This document shows, one piece after another, positions 1 to 10,357 of a stretch of 64,000 bases of DNA. Where the stretch lies: the NCBI GenBank assembly GCA_023511535.1, contig JAIMBK010000009.1, forward strand, positions 643 to 64,642. The letters are read 5' to 3'. Each line of letters starts with the position of its first letter. Position 1 is the stretch's first letter. The DNA comes from Armatimonadota bacterium. GTDB lineage: Bacteria > Bacillota > Desulfotomaculia > Desulfotomaculales > Nap2-2B. The position numbers and the translations under genes are program-made. The notes beneath the pieces are model-generated. The model saw nothing but the letters and a program-made list of their open reading frames with translations, had not been told where the DNA came from and did no database searches.

Positions 1-1058
1 CCTATGCAGTCGACGGGGACGTCTATTTTGACATCAGCTCCTTTCCCGCCTACGGCAAACTTTCCCGGCGGTCTCCGGACGAAATGCTGGCCGGGGCGCG
101 GGTGGAGGTGAACCCCCGGAAAAAGAACCCCCTGGACTTCGCCCTCTGGAAGGCGGCCAGGCCTGGCGAACCTTCCTGGCCCAGTCCCTGGGGGCCGGGG
201 CGGCCGGGCTGGCACATCGAGTGTTCGGCCATGTCCTTAAAATACCTGGGGGCTAATTTTGACATCCACGGCGGAGGCATGGACCTCATTTTCCCCCACC
301 ACGAAAATGAAATCGCCCAGTCCGAAGCGGCCACCGGGCAGCCTTTCGTGCGCTACTGGATGCATAACGGTTTCATCACCGTCAACCAGGAAAAAATGTC
401 CAAGTCCCTGGGGAACTTCTTCCTGGTGCGGGACGTCCTGAAAAAATTTTCGCCGCTGGTGGTGCGCTTCTTTTTGTTATCGACGCACTACCGCAGCCCG
501 CTGGATTTCGACGACGAAAAAGTGGAGTCCGCCGGCCGGGGCCGGGAACGCCTCAAAAACAGCCTGCAACTGGTCGGCGAGGCCCTTCGCGGGCAGCAAC
601 GGACAGAAATGACCGACCGGGACCGGGACTGCCTGGCCAGGCTGGAGACCCTCCGCCGGCAATTTGAAGGAGCCATGGACGACGATTTCAACACCGCCCT
701 GGCCTTAAGCTACTGCTTTGAGCTGGCCAGGGAAGCAAACAGCTACCTGCAGGAAGAAACTGCTCCCGCCAGGGACGTGCTGGCCAAAATTTCCGGACTG
801 TTTGCGGACTTCAACGAAGTGCTGGGGCTGTTCAAAACCGGTGCGCAAGGGGAAATCGTGCTCGCGGAGCGGCCCGGAGCGGATGCGGAAGCGGGGGAAC
901 TGGTGCAGTCCTTAATCGAACTGCTTCTCCAGGTCAGGCAGGAGGCCCGGGCCAAAAAAGACTGGACTACCGCCGACCGGATCAGGGACGGCTTAAAAGG
1001 GCTGGGGATCGTCATAGAAGACACCCCCCAGGGCCCCCGCTGGAAAAGCAGGGGTTAG
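1..1058 (+). CDS. cysS: cysteine--tRNA ligase, C-terminal part (5' end outside window)
   Basis: Frame is open from the window edge to TAG 1056-1058. Class I aaRS signatures [28 protein letters not shown] and KMSKSLGN. Confidence 0.95.
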   Translation, partial: YAVDGDVYFDISSFPAYGKLSRRSPDEMLAGARVEVNPRKKNPLDFALWKAARPGEPSWPSPWGPGRPGWHIECSAMSLKYLGANFDIHGGGMDLIFPHHENEIAQSEAATGQPFVRYWMHNGFITVNQEKMSKSLGNFFLVRDVLKKFSPLVVRFFLLSTHYRSPLDFDDEKVESAGRGRERLKNSLQLVGEALRGQQRTEMTDRDRDCLARLETLRRQFEGAMDDDFNTALALSYCFELAREANSYLQEETAPARDVLAKISGLFADFNEVLGLFKTGAQGEIVLAERPGADAEAGELVQSLIELLLQVRQEARAKKDWTTADRIRDGLKGLGIVIEDTPQGPRWKSRG

Positions 1059-1147
1059 GGATTAGGAGTTAGGGTAGATACTCTTGTATATATCTTTATG
1101 AAGAGGAAGTAAGTCATTGTGAACAGTTCCCGGATATTGTCGAAATT

Positions 1148-1555
1148 ATGAAGATAACCGCTTCACCTACAAGCAACGACCTGAAACCGGAAGAATTGCC
1201 GGTCCTGGTCCTGGCGTACCTGGGGGACGCCGTTTACGAGCTGCTCGTCCGCCAGCGCCTGGTTAGCATCGGGCTGGTCAGGATGGACCAGTTGCACAAA
1301 GAAACGGTCAAATACGTCCGGGCGGATTTTCAGGCCGCGATAATGCGCCGGCTGGCAGCCGGCGGCCTCACCGAAGCCGAAGCGGCTGTCGCGCGGCGCG
1401 GAAGAAACGCCAAAATTACCCACCCGCCCAAAGGGGCCAGCCCGGAAAATTATCATTACAGCACGGCGTTCGAAGCGTTGATCGGGTTTTTATATCTCAA
1501 GGAAGAATACGAGCGCCTGAACGAGCTGATGGAAATGATTTTTGAAGGCGCGTAG
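1148..1555 (+). CDS. mrnC: mini-ribonuclease 3
   Basis: 135 aa. RNase III-like LAYLGDAVYELLVR motif. Conserved position after cysS in Firmicutes. Confidence 0.85.
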   Translation: MKITASPTSNDLKPEELPVLVLAYLGDAVYELLVRQRLVSIGLVRMDQLHKETVKYVRADFQAAIMRRLAAGGLTEAEAAVARRGRNAKITHPPKGASPENYHYSTAFEALIGFLYLKEEYERLNELMEMIFEGA

Positions 1556-2335
1556 GTGAGGATTTTCTTGAAACCAGCCAACGTGGTTGCAGGCCGGAAC
1601 CCCGTGCGGGAAACCTTGCGCGGGGGCCGCCCCGTCAACAAGCTGCTGCTGGCCCGGGGGGCCACCGGCGGCGCGATTCAAGAGATCTGCCGGCTGGCCC
1701 GGGAAAAGGGCATTCCCATCCAGCAGGTGGAACGGGTTTACCTGGATAAGCTGGCTCCCGGGACGGTGCACCAGGGCGTGGCCGCCCTGGCGGCGGAAAA
1801 AGAATACGTCACGGTGGACGACCTCCTGGCCTGGTGCAGGGAAAAAGAAGAGGATCCTTTTTTTCTTCTTTTGAACGGCATCACCGATCCGCATAACCTG
1901 GGCGCCATTATGCGTACCGCGGAAGCTGCCGGCGCCCACGGCATCGTCATCCCCGCCCGCCGCTCCGCTTCCCTTACGCCGGCGGTCCTGAAGGCGGCGG
2001 CGGGGGCCGCGGAATACCTGCCGGTGGCGCGGGTGACCAATCTGGCCCGGACGATCCGGTATCTTCAGCAAAAAAACCTCTGGGTGGTGGGGGCGGAAAG
2101 TTCCGCCGGGGATCTATTCTGGGAAGCGCGGTTGGATGGGCCGCTGGCCCTGGTCGTCGGCAGCGAAGGGAAGGGGCTGGGCCCGCAGATCCGGAAAATT
2201 TGCGATGCCCTGGTCCGCCTGCCCATGGCGGGGCGGATCACCTCCTTAAACGCTTCTGCAGCGGCCGCCGTCCTGGCCTACGAAGTTTTCCGGCAAAGGA
2301 GAAGGGCCGCCCATGAAAGAGTACCTGATCGTTGA
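1556..2335 (+). CDS. rlmB: 23S rRNA 2'-O-ribose methyltransferase, SpoU/TrmH family (RlmB-like)
   Basis: SpoU motifs ITDPHNLGAIMRTAEAAG, LVVGSEGKGL, SLNASAAAAVLAYE. The GTG start at 1556 is uncertain. Confidence 0.85.
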   Translation: MRIFLKPANVVAGRNPVRETLRGGRPVNKLLLARGATGGAIQEICRLAREKGIPIQQVERVYLDKLAPGTVHQGVAALAAEKEYVTVDDLLAWCREKEEDPFFLLLNGITDPHNLGAIMRTAEAAGAHGIVIPARRSASLTPAVLKAAAGAAEYLPVARVTNLARTIRYLQQKNLWVVGAESSAGDLFWEARLDGPLALVVGSEGKGLGPQIRKICDALVRLPMAGRITSLNASAAAAVLAYEVFRQRRRAAHERVPDR

Positions 2336-2825
2336 CGGCTACAACATCATCTTTGCCTGGCCGCATTTCGAGGAGCTGCGCAAATCCGGCCTGGAACACG
2401 CCAGGCTGAAACTCATCGACATCCTGGTTAACTACGCAGCCCTCACCGGCCGGCAGGTCATCCTGGTTTTCGACGCCTACCGGGTGAGAGAATCCGCGGC
2501 CCGCACGGAAGAAATGCCGGGTTTGCAGGTGATTTACACCGCCTTCGGGGAGACGGCCGACTCCCTCATCGAAAAGCTGGTTGGGGAGTTGTCCAGGGAA
2601 GGCGCCGTTTACGTGGCCACTTCCGACTGGGCGGAGCAGCGCATGGTTTTGGGACAGGGAGCCTGCCGCCTGACCCCGCAGGAACTGCTGGACAGCATCC
2701 GGCAGGAAGCCAAAGCAGGGAAGCGTTTTTGCAGTCCGGAACGGCCCGCCGACGCCTACCTGGAGAACCGTTTAAAAGGAAAAATCCGCGTTTTTTTAGA
2801 GAACTGGCGGCGAAAAAAAACATGA
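2313..2825 (+). CDS. yacP: NYN/PIN-like ribonuclease, YacP (Rae1) family
   Basis: N-terminus MKEYLIVDGYNIIF is typical of the YacP family. Synteny cysS-mrnC-rlmB-yacP-sigH. Confidence 0.75.
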   Translation: MKEYLIVDGYNIIFAWPHFEELRKSGLEHARLKLIDILVNYAALTGRQVILVFDAYRVRESAARTEEMPGLQVIYTAFGETADSLIEKLVGELSREGAVYVATSDWAEQRMVLGQGACRLTPQELLDSIRQEAKAGKRFCSPERPADAYLENRLKGKIRVFLENWRRKKT

Positions 2826-2827
2826 TC

Positions 2828-2856
2828 TTGACGTTATTTTAACCCTAAGTTATAAT
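2828..2856 (+). promoter_or_regulatory. sigma-A type promoter upstream of sigH
   Basis: TTGACG (2828-2833), 17-nt spacer, TATAAT (2851-2856). Confidence 0.6.
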
Positions 2857-2939
2857 AGGCTTGTATTTGCCTTTCCCGTTCCTTCGAATGATCTGGTTGG
2901 TTGATTATAAAGGCGGAGATTTTAGGCGGGAGGGATAGC

Positions 2940-3596
2940 GTGAACCCGAATGTCAATGTAAATGTCCAAATGGAGGTTCCGGGTTGTTATCAATTCATGG
3001 TCGACGAGGAAGTAGTGGAGTACGCCAGGGAAGGAGATGATGCCGCCCTCGAATATTTAATCAATAAATATAAAAATTTTGTCCGTTCCAAGGCCCGTTC
3101 GTACTTTCTAATCGGGGCCGACCGCGAAGATATCATCCAGGAAGGGATGATCGGTTTATATAAGGCAATTCGTGATTTCCGGCTGGACAAGTTGTCCTCC
3201 TTCCGGGCCTTTGCAGAATTATGCATCACCCGGCAAATCATCACCGCCATCAAGACGGCCACCCGGCAAAAGCATATCCCGCTGAATTCCTACATCTCGC
3301 TCAATAAGCCCATTTACGACGAAGAATCCGACCGCACGCTCATGGATATCGTTTCCGGCGCGAAAGTAACCGATCCCGAGGAGCTGATCATCAGTCGGGA
3401 GGAGTTTTTTGATATTGAGGAAAAAATGGGGGAGATTTTGAGCTCCCTGGAGTGGAAGGTACTCATGTCCTATCTGGAGGGAAAGTCCTACCAGGAGATT
3501 GCCGAAGATTTAAAGCGGCACGTGAAGTCCATCGACAACGCGCTGCAAAGAGTGAAACGGAAACTGGAGAGGTATCTGGAAAGGCGCGAAGAATAA
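2940..3596 (+). CDS. sigH: RNA polymerase sporulation/stationary-phase sigma factor SigH
   Basis: Sigma-70 region 2 (DREDIIQEGMIGLYKAIRDF) and region 4 (SYQEIAEDLKRHVKSIDNALQRVKRKL). GTG 2940 follows GGGAGGGA; the maximal ORF starts at 2901. Confidence 0.85.
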   Translation: MNPNVNVNVQMEVPGCYQFMVDEEVVEYAREGDDAALEYLINKYKNFVRSKARSYFLIGADREDIIQEGMIGLYKAIRDFRLDKLSSFRAFAELCITRQIITAIKTATRQKHIPLNSYISLNKPIYDEESDRTLMDIVSGAKVTDPEELIISREEFFDIEEKMGEILSSLEWKVLMSYLEGKSYQEIAEDLKRHVKSIDNALQRVKRKLERYLERREE

Positions 3597-3622
3597 GGCA
3601 ATTTCATTAATTAATTGATCGG

Positions 3623-3651
3623 TTGACAGGGGCTTTCTTTTCTGTTATTAT
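3623..3651 (+). promoter_or_regulatory. sigma-A type promoter of the trp operon
   Basis: TTGACA (3623-3628), 17-nt spacer, TATTAT (3646-3651). Confidence 0.65.
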
Positions 3652-3668
3652 TTATTCGGACAATTGAA

Positions 3669-3717
3669 TAGATGAGATGAGTTGAGTTTTAGGTTAGGCG
3701 AGATCAGTTGAGATGAG
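3669..3717 (+). promoter_or_regulatory. TRAP-type (G/U)AG triplet array in the trp leader
   Basis: TAG at GAG at GAG tt GAG ttt TAG gt TAG gc GAG at CAG tt GAG at GAG. Ten triplets (nine canonical) with 2-3 nt spacers. Confidence 0.7.
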
Positions 3718-3742
3718 CGGGGGTTTGTTTTTTGCAAGCATC

Positions 3743-3775
3743 ACCGGCGTTCGTCTACAACGCCGGTTTTTATTT
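3743..3775 (+). terminator. intrinsic terminator (attenuator) in the trp leader
   Basis: Stem ACCGGCGTT (3743-3751) / AACGCCGGT (3759-3767), 7-nt loop, then TTTTTATTT. It lies 15 nt before the trpE start. Confidence 0.8.
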
Positions 3776-3789
3776 GGGAATCGGAGGAG

Positions 3790-5313
3790 ATGTTTTTGGA
3801 TACCCCTTCGCAAAAAGAATATCTGGCGTTAAGCAAACATTTCAACCTGATTCCGGTAAGCTACGAGTGTTTTGCCGATACGCAGACGCCGATCACCGTT
3901 TACTGGAAGGTTTCCGGGGGGCGCCCGGGCTGCCTGCTGGAGAGCGTCGAGGGGGGCGAAAGGGTGGCCCGCTACTCCTTTCTCGGTATCGATCCTTTCC
4001 TTGCCTACAGTCACCGGGGAAAGACGGGCCGGGTGTGGAAGCAGGAAGGCGGCGCCGTTCAGAAGGTGGCCGGAAATCCCTTTGAAATTTTGGAAAACCT
4101 GATCTCCTCCTTCCGGGTGCCCGAATTGGAACTGCCCAGGTTTTTCGGCGGCGCCGCCGGGTATTTCGGGTACGATTTAGTGCACTGGCTGGAAAAGCTG
4201 CCTTCCGGAAACAAAAATGATTTGCCTTTCGACGACTGCTCCTTCCTGTTTTGCGGTACGGTGCTGATTTTCGACCACGTCCGGCACACGCTGCGCATTG
4301 TGGTAAACAGCTTTCCGGGAGATTCCCCGCAGCGGGCTTATACCCGGGCCGTCCGGAAAATCGAAGAGGTTTTGCGCGTTTTAAACGGCCCGGAACGGGA
4401 AAGTATTCCGTTATTAAACGGCGGCGCAAACTGCCGGGGGAGCCCGGACCCGCATTTTTCGCCGGCCGGATCCAATTTCACCCGGGAGAGTTTTCTAGAC
4501 GCGGTAAAAAGGGCCAAGGAATACATCCGGCAGGGAGAAATTTTGCAGGTTGTGCTTTCCCAGCGCTTTTGCCGGCCTTTTGCCGGGGATCCCTTTTTGG
4601 CTTACCGCCGCCTGCGCGCTGTGAACCCGTCTCCTTATTTATATTTCTTGAACTTCGGGGAGCTGGCGGTGGCGGGCTCTTCCCCGGAAATGCTGGTGCG
4701 GGTGGAGGGGGAAGACGTGGAAACCAGGCCGATTGCCGGCACCCGCCCGCGGGGCGGGACAAAGGATGAAGATGAGCGGCTGGCCCGGGAATTGCAGGCC
4801 GACCCCAAGGAAAGGGCCGAGCACGTCATGCTGGTTGACCTGGGACGGAATGATCTGGGGCGGGTCTGCGCGGCCGGAAGCGTTGAAGTTCCGCAGTTTT
4901 TAACGGTAGAAAAGTATTCCCACGTCATGCACCTGGTGTCTTCCGTCAAGGGCCGCCTGGCGCCCGGCCGGACGGCTTTTGATGCCTTGAAAGCCTGTTT
5001 TCCGGCAGGAACCGTCTCCGGCGCGCCAAAGGTGCGGGCCATGGAAATTATTGCCGAACTCGAACCGGCCGCGCGCGGCCCTTATGCGGGGGCCATCGGC
5101 TATATCGGCTTTAACGGCAACCTGGATACGGCCATTACGATCCGGACCGTGCTTTTTTCCCGGGGTAGCGCGTATGTCCAGGCCGGCGCGGGGATCGTCG
5201 CCGATTCCGACCCGGCCGGAGAATACGCGGAGACGGTGAAGAAAGCGCAGGCTTTGCTGGAAACCCTGGAAAGAATGCAAGGGGGTGGTTCAGTTGCTGG
5301 CCATGATCGATAA
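3790..5313 (+). CDS. trpE: anthranilate synthase component I
   Basis: Chorismate-binding family motifs [54 protein letters not shown]. The start may be TTG 3796, which has better spacing to GGAGG. Confidence 0.95.
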   Translation: MFLDTPSQKEYLALSKHFNLIPVSYECFADTQTPITVYWKVSGGRPGCLLESVEGGERVARYSFLGIDPFLAYSHRGKTGRVWKQEGGAVQKVAGNPFEILENLISSFRVPELELPRFFGGAAGYFGYDLVHWLEKLPSGNKNDLPFDDCSFLFCGTVLIFDHVRHTLRIVVNSFPGDSPQRAYTRAVRKIEEVLRVLNGPERESIPLLNGGANCRGSPDPHFSPAGSNFTRESFLDAVKRAKEYIRQGEILQVVLSQRFCRPFAGDPFLAYRRLRAVNPSPYLYFLNFGELAVAGSSPEMLVRVEGEDVETRPIAGTRPRGGTKDEDERLARELQADPKERAEHVMLVDLGRNDLGRVCAAGSVEVPQFLTVEKYSHVMHLVSSVKGRLAPGRTAFDALKACFPAGTVSGAPKVRAMEIIAELEPAARGPYAGAIGYIGFNGNLDTAITIRTVLFSRGSAYVQAGAGIVADSDPAGEYAETVKKAQALLETLERMQGGGSVAGHDR

Positions 5314-5872
5314 CTACGACTCCTTTACTTACAACCTGGTTCAATACCTGGGCCGGCTGGACGCGGAGGTGCGGGTCTGGCGCAACGACCAGATCAGCGT
5401 GCTGGAACTGCTGGCACTCAATCCTGCCCGGGTGGTGATTTCCCCGGGGCCGGGGACGCCGGACAGGGCGGGGATCACCCTGGAGACCGTCCGGCGGCTG
5501 GCCGGCAGCGTCCCGATCCTGGGCGTTTGTTTGGGCCACCAGGCCATCGGCCGGTGTTTCGGCGGCCGGATCGTCCAGGCCGCCCGCCTGATGCACGGCA
5601 AAACCTCGCTGATTTACCACGACGGCCGGGGCATTTTCCGGGGGATTCCCTCCCCTTTTAAGGCCGCCCGCTACCATTCGTTAATTGTGGAGAAGGAAAG
5701 CCTGCCTTCCTGCCTGGCGATCTCGGCCTGGACGGCGGAAGGGGAAATCATGGGTTTGCGCCACCGGGAGTTCACCGTGGAGGGGGTCCAGTTTCACCCG
5801 GAATCAATTTTAACGGAACACGGTTTGCAGTTGCTCCGGAACTTTCTCGCTTACCAAAGCGGCAGATGGTGA
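5285..5872 (+). CDS. trpG: anthranilate synthase component II (glutamine amidotransferase, TrpG/PabA)
   Basis: [16 protein letters not shown], catalytic GVCLGHQ, FHPES. The true start is probably TTG 5294 or ATG 5303, overlapping the trpE stop. Confidence 0.92.
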   Translation: MVQLLAMIDNYDSFTYNLVQYLGRLDAEVRVWRNDQISVLELLALNPARVVISPGPGTPDRAGITLETVRRLAGSVPILGVCLGHQAIGRCFGGRIVQAARLMHGKTSLIYHDGRGIFRGIPSPFKAARYHSLIVEKESLPSCLAISAWTAEGEIMGLRHREFTVEGVQFHPESILTEHGLQLLRNFLAYQSGRW

Positions 5873-5895
5873 AAAGGGGAAAGGAGGAAAAGTTT

Positions 5896-6948
5896 ATGCA
5901 GCACGATCCGGAAATAATCAAGCAGGCCATTGCCCGGGTGGTCGGCGGCGGCGATTTATCAGAAACGGAGGCCGAACAGGCGATGGAATTGATCATGGAA
6001 GGCCAGGCCAGTCCGGCCCAAATCGCCGCTTTGCTCACCGCCCTGCGTTTAAAAGGGGAAACGGTGGAGGAAATTACCGGTTTTGCCCGGGTGATGCGCC
6101 GCAAGGCCATTCCCATCCGTTCCCGGCAGCCCCTGGTGGTGGATACCTGCGGAACGGGCGGGGACGGCGCCCACACTTTTAATATTTCCACCACTGTTGC
6201 CTTCGTCGTGGCCGGGGCGGGAATCCCGGTGGCCAAACACGGGAACCGCTCCGTTTCCAGCCGGTGCGGCTCGGCGGACTTGCTGGAAGCCATGCAGGTG
6301 CGCGTGGATCTGGAGCCGGGACAGGTGGAGGCCTGCCTGGAGGAATTGGGGATTGCCTTTTTGTTTGCCCCCGTTTTGCACGGGGCGATGAAGTACGCCG
6401 CCGGCCCCCGGCGGGAAATCGGAATCCGCACCGTTTTCAACGTCCTGGGTCCGCTGACCAATCCGGCGGGAGCGGGCGCCCAGATAGTGGGGGTTTACAG
6501 CACCGGATTGACGGAGAAGCTGGGGGCGGTGCTGTTGCGGCTGGGAACGCACCGTTCCTTCGTGGTGCACGGGGACGGCGGCCTGGACGAAATCTCTTTG
6601 TCCGGCCCGGCCGATGTCTGCGAGGTTTGCCGGGGGGAAGTCCGGAATTACCGCGTGGACCCGGCGGATTACGGCTTCCCGAGAGTGCCGGTTGACGCCT
6701 TAAAAGGCGGCCTTCCGAAAGAAAACGCGGCCATTACGCTGGAGATCTTAAAAGGCGCCCGCGGACCGCGGCGGGACGCCGTTTTAATCAACGCCGCCTT
6801 TGCCTTTCTGGCCGCCGGGGCCGCCGGCAGTGTGGCGGAAGGCCTGGAAAAGGCGGCGCAGAGCATTGACGAAGGTTTGGCCCTGGCCAAACTGGAGCAG
6901 TTAAGGGAGTTTACCAAAAGGGCGAAAAAGCTGGTGGCCGCGCTGTGA
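5896..6948 (+). CDS. trpD: anthranilate phosphoribosyltransferase
   Basis: DTCGTGGDGAHTFNISTT, KHGNRSVSS, FNVLGPLTNP. ATG 5896 follows GGAAAGGAGG. Confidence 0.93.
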   Translation: MQHDPEIIKQAIARVVGGGDLSETEAEQAMELIMEGQASPAQIAALLTALRLKGETVEEITGFARVMRRKAIPIRSRQPLVVDTCGTGGDGAHTFNISTTVAFVVAGAGIPVAKHGNRSVSSRCGSADLLEAMQVRVDLEPGQVEACLEELGIAFLFAPVLHGAMKYAAGPRREIGIRTVFNVLGPLTNPAGAGAQIVGVYSTGLTEKLGAVLLRLGTHRSFVVHGDGGLDEISLSGPADVCEVCRGEVRNYRVDPADYGFPRVPVDALKGGLPKENAAITLEILKGARGPRRDAVLINAAFAFLAAGAAGSVAEGLEKAAQSIDEGLALAKLEQLREFTKRAKKLVAAL

Positions 6949-7754
6949 TCCTGGACGAAATCGTCTCCTGGAAGCGGCGGGAAGTGGCCCGCCGAAAAGA
7001 GTTGTTTCCCCTGGCCGAGATGGAGCGGCGGCTGGCCCGAATGCCGCCCTGCCGGCCGCTCGCCGAAGCCATCCGACGGGAAAAGGAAATTGCTTTGATC
7101 GCCGAAATCAAGCGCGCTTCTCCTTCCAAAGGGGTGATCAGGCAAGCGCCGTTCGATCCGGCGGAGTTTGCCCGCGTGTACACGGAGGCGGGCGCGGCGG
7201 CAATTTCCGTGGTGACGGAAGAAAAATTTTTCGCCGGCCGGCTTGAATTTTTGCCGGCGGTGCGGCAAGCAACCACCCTGCCCGTGCTGCGGAAGGATTT
7301 CCTGATCGATCCGTACCAGCTCTTGGAGAGCCGTTTTTGCGGCAGCGACGCCGTTCTGCTGATCGCGGCTGTTTTAAGCGACCGCGAGCTGGCGGCATAC
7401 CAGCGGCTGGCCGCCGGACTGGGTTTAAGCTGCCTGGTCGAGGTGCATACCCGGGAGGAATTAACGCGCGCCCTGGATTCGGGCGCAGCGATCATCGGGA
7501 TCAACAACCGCGATTTGCGCACCTTTCAAACCAACCTGAACACCACCTTTTCCTTGAGGCGGTACATTCCCGGCCGCGGAGTCGTTGTGGTCAGTGAAAG
7601 CGGCATCAGCAGCCGCGCCCACATGCTGGCGCTGCAGGAACATGAGGTAGACGCCGCCCTGGTCGGCGAAGCCCTGATGCGCAGCCCGGACGTTGCCGGA
7701 AAGGTCAGGGAGTTGCTGGGGATGGAGAGGGAAGCACCACCATGGTCTGGGTGA
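6945..7754 (+). CDS. trpC: indole-3-glycerol-phosphate synthase
   Basis: IAEIKRASPSKG, LRKDF, IGINNRDL, SESGI. The GTG start overlaps the trpD stop (GTGA). Confidence 0.93.
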   Translation: MILDEIVSWKRREVARRKELFPLAEMERRLARMPPCRPLAEAIRREKEIALIAEIKRASPSKGVIRQAPFDPAEFARVYTEAGAAAISVVTEEKFFAGRLEFLPAVRQATTLPVLRKDFLIDPYQLLESRFCGSDAVLLIAAVLSDRELAAYQRLAAGLGLSCLVEVHTREELTRALDSGAAIIGINNRDLRTFQTNLNTTFSLRRYIPGRGVVVVSESGISSRAHMLALQEHEVDAALVGEALMRSPDVAGKVRELLGMEREAPPWSG

Positions 7755-8353
7755 AGATTTGCGGTATTCGGGACCTGGAAACCGCTCTTTTTGCCGCCCG
7801 CGCCGGCGCCGACGCGCTGGGGTTCGTTTTCGCCCCCGGCCGGCGGCAGGTCGCCCCGGTGCAGGCGAAAGCGATTATCCGGGCCTTGCCCCCGGGGATT
7901 GTGAAGATCGGCGTGTTTGTCGATGCGCCCCTGCATGAGGTGCAGGAAATCGCCCGTTTTTGCGGACTGGACGCCGTCCAGCTGCACGGTTCGGAATCGC
8001 CCCGGTATTGCCGCCTGGCCGGTCTGCCGGTGATTAAGGCTTTTCGCGTGGGGGCAGGGGACCTGACAGGAGCGGTGGGCAGTTACGACGCTGCGGCCAT
8101 TTTGCTGGATACCTACGTACCCGGGCGGGCGGGAGGGACCGGAAAATCTTTTGACTGGCGCCTGGCCGGGAAACTAAAGTTGAACTACGCCGGAAGAATT
8201 ATTCTGGCCGGCGGCCTGAACGCGCAAAACGTTCAGGAAGCCATCCGGATTGCCCGGCCTGATGGCGTGGACGTAAGCAGCGGGGTGGAAACGAACGGGC
8301 GCAAGGACCGGGAAAAGATCAAAGAATTCATTAAAAAAGCCAAAGAGGGATGA
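7742..8353 (+). CDS. trpF: phosphoribosylanthranilate isomerase
   Basis: VKICGI, GADALGFVF, LHGSESP, LAGGL. Overlaps the trpC stop. Confidence 0.9.
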   Translation: MVWVKICGIRDLETALFAARAGADALGFVFAPGRRQVAPVQAKAIIRALPPGIVKIGVFVDAPLHEVQEIARFCGLDAVQLHGSESPRYCRLAGLPVIKAFRVGAGDLTGAVGSYDAAAILLDTYVPGRAGGTGKSFDWRLAGKLKLNYAGRIILAGGLNAQNVQEAIRIARPDGVDVSSGVETNGRKDREKIKEFIKKAKEG

Positions 8354-8356
8354 AAA

Positions 8357-9559
8357 ATGCCGTCAGCAACAGCCCAATTACCGGATGAACGGGGTTATTT
8401 CGGGCGTTTCGGCGGGCGCTACGTGCCGGAAACGTTGATGAGCGCCCTGGAGGAGCTGGAAAAAGGGTACCTGGCCGCGCGCGCGGAGCCGGAATTTCAG
8501 CGGGAACTGGACTACTACTTGCAAAATTACGTTGGGCGCCCCTCGCCTTTATATTTTGCCGGGCGGCTGACCAAAGCCCTCGGGGGCGCCGGGATCTATT
8601 TGAAGCGGGAAGACCTCAACCATACCGGGGCCCATAAAATCAACAACACCCTCGGGCAGATCTTGCTGGCCCGCCGGATGGGAAAGCGGCGGATTATCGC
8701 CGAAACGGGGGCGGGGCAGCACGGGGTGGCCACCGCTACGGCAGCCGCCCTTTTCGGAATGGCGTGCGTCGTTTACATGGGGGAAGAAGATATGGCGCGG
8801 CAGGCCTTGAACGTTTTCCGAATGCGGCTGCTGGGCGCGGAGGTGCGCCCCGTGGCGACCGGCAGCCGGACGCTGAAAGACGCCATGAACGAAGCCCTGC
8901 GCGACTGGGTGACCAACGTGGAGACCACTTATTATCTGATCGGTTCGGTGGCCGGCCCGCATCCCTACCCCATGATAGTGAGAGATTTTCAAAAAATTAT
9001 CGGCGAGGAAACCAGGGAACAGATCCTGGCCTGCGCCGGCCGCTTGCCCGATTACATCCTGGCCTGCGTAGGCGGGGGGAGCAACTCCCTGGGAATCTTT
9101 TACTCTTTTCTGGAAGACGAAGAGACGCAGCTCATCGGGGTGGAAGCGGCCGGGCAGGGGCTGGCCTCCGGCCGGCACGCGGCGACTTTAAATTGCGGGC
9201 GGCCGGGCGTGCTGCACGGTTCGCTCAGCTACGTTTTGCAGGATGAGGACGGCCAGATCAAGCTGGCCCATTCCATTTCCGCCGGTCTGGACTACCCCGG
9301 GGTGGGGCCCGAACACAGCTACTTAAAAGAAAGCGGCCGGGTGGTCTATACGGCCGTGACCGATGCGGAAGCCCTGGCCGCCTTCCGGCTGCTGGCCCGG
9401 ACGGAAGGAATCCTGCCCGCCCTGGAAAGCGCCCACGCCCTTGCGCAGGCGGTCAAAATGGCGCCCCGCCTGGATGCCGGGAAGATCATCGTGGTGAATC
9501 TTTCCGGCCGGGGGGATAAGGATGTGGAAACGGTAAGCAAAGTTATGGAGGTTGAATAA
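8357..9559 (+). CDS. trpB: tryptophan synthase beta chain
   Basis: [16 protein letters not shown] (PLP lysine), [16 protein letters not shown]. Confidence 0.97.
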   Translation: MPSATAQLPDERGYFGRFGGRYVPETLMSALEELEKGYLAARAEPEFQRELDYYLQNYVGRPSPLYFAGRLTKALGGAGIYLKREDLNHTGAHKINNTLGQILLARRMGKRRIIAETGAGQHGVATATAAALFGMACVVYMGEEDMARQALNVFRMRLLGAEVRPVATGSRTLKDAMNEALRDWVTNVETTYYLIGSVAGPHPYPMIVRDFQKIIGEETREQILACAGRLPDYILACVGGGSNSLGIFYSFLEDEETQLIGVEAAGQGLASGRHAATLNCGRPGVLHGSLSYVLQDEDGQIKLAHSISAGLDYPGVGPEHSYLKESGRVVYTAVTDAEALAAFRLLARTEGILPALESAHALAQAVKMAPRLDAGKIIVVNLSGRGDKDVETVSKVMEVE

Positions 9560-10357
9560 ATGGCTTCTCTTCACCGGATTGCCGCCAAGTTTGCCGAACT
9601 GGCCGCCCGGAACGAAAAGGGACTGATCACTTACCTGACGGCCGGCGACCCCGACCTGGACACGACTGCCCGCCTGGCCGAAGCAATGGAAAGGGCGGGG
9701 GCGGACTTCCTTGAGCTGGGCATCCCCTTTTCCGACCCCGTGGCCGACGGCCCCGCCATTCAAAAGGCTTCCTTCCGGGCTTTAAAAAAGGGGGTGCGCG
9801 TGGCCGCGATTATCCGGACGGCGGCCCAAATCCGCTCCCGGACCGGCGTCCCCCTGATTTTCATGACCTATTACAACCCGGTTCTGCAGTACGGCCTGGA
9901 AAAGTTCGCCTGCGATGCGGCCGGGGCCGGCGTGGACGGCCTGATCGTTCCCGATCTTCCTTGTGAAGAGGCCGGACCGCTGCTGGAAATAATGGATTCT
10001 TGCGGGCTGGCCTTGATTCCCCTGGCGGCGCCGACCACCACGGAAAGCCGCTTGCAGAAAATCGCCGCCGGCGCCCGCGGGTTTGTTTACTGCGTTTCCG
10101 TCACGGGAGTGACCGGGGCGCGGGAGCGCATCGACACCGATCTGGGGCAGTTTACCGGCCGGGTCCGGAAATATACCCGCTTGCCGGTGGCCGTTGGTTT
10201 CGGCATCGCCGGGCCGCCCCAGGCCGCGCAAACCGCTCCTTTTTGCGACGCCGTGGTGGTCGGCAGCGCAATTGTCCAGATCGTCACCGAACAGGGTTCC
10301 TCGGCGGTGGACGCCGTGAGCAAATTTGTGCGCGAAATAAAATCTGCTTTAAAATAG
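9560..10357 (+). CDS. trpA: tryptophan synthase alpha chain
   Basis: LELGIPFSDPVADGPAIQ, GFVYCVSVTGVTG. The start abuts the trpB stop. Confidence 0.95.
   Translation: MASLHRIAAKFAELAARNEKGLITYLTAGDPDLDTTARLAEAMERAGADFLELGIPFSDPVADGPAIQKASFRALKKGVRVAAIIRTAAQIRSRTGVPLIFMTYYNPVLQYGLEKFACDAAGAGVDGLIVPDLPCEEAGPLLEIMDSCGLALIPLAAPTTTESRLQKIAAGARGFVYCVSVTGVTGARERIDTDLGQFTGRVRKYTRLPVAVGFGIAGPPQAAQTAPFCDAVVVGSAIVQIVTEQGSSAVDAVSKFVREIKSALK

Noticed and set aside
1055-1078. TTAGGG-like units as genuine telomere repeats or eukaryotic contamination
   Set aside because: The units are embedded between typical bacterial genes, are only three units long, and belong to a continuum of degenerate heptamers. The resemblance to eukaryotic telomeres is coincidental.
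2901-2939. Longer sigH start at TTG 2901, and the hexamer-like AATGTC AATGTA AATGTC stretch at 2947-2964
   Set aside because: GTG 2940 has the better RBS. The short hexamer stretch encodes NVNVNV and is too short to separate from chance, although it is reminiscent of the coding repeat in miaB.
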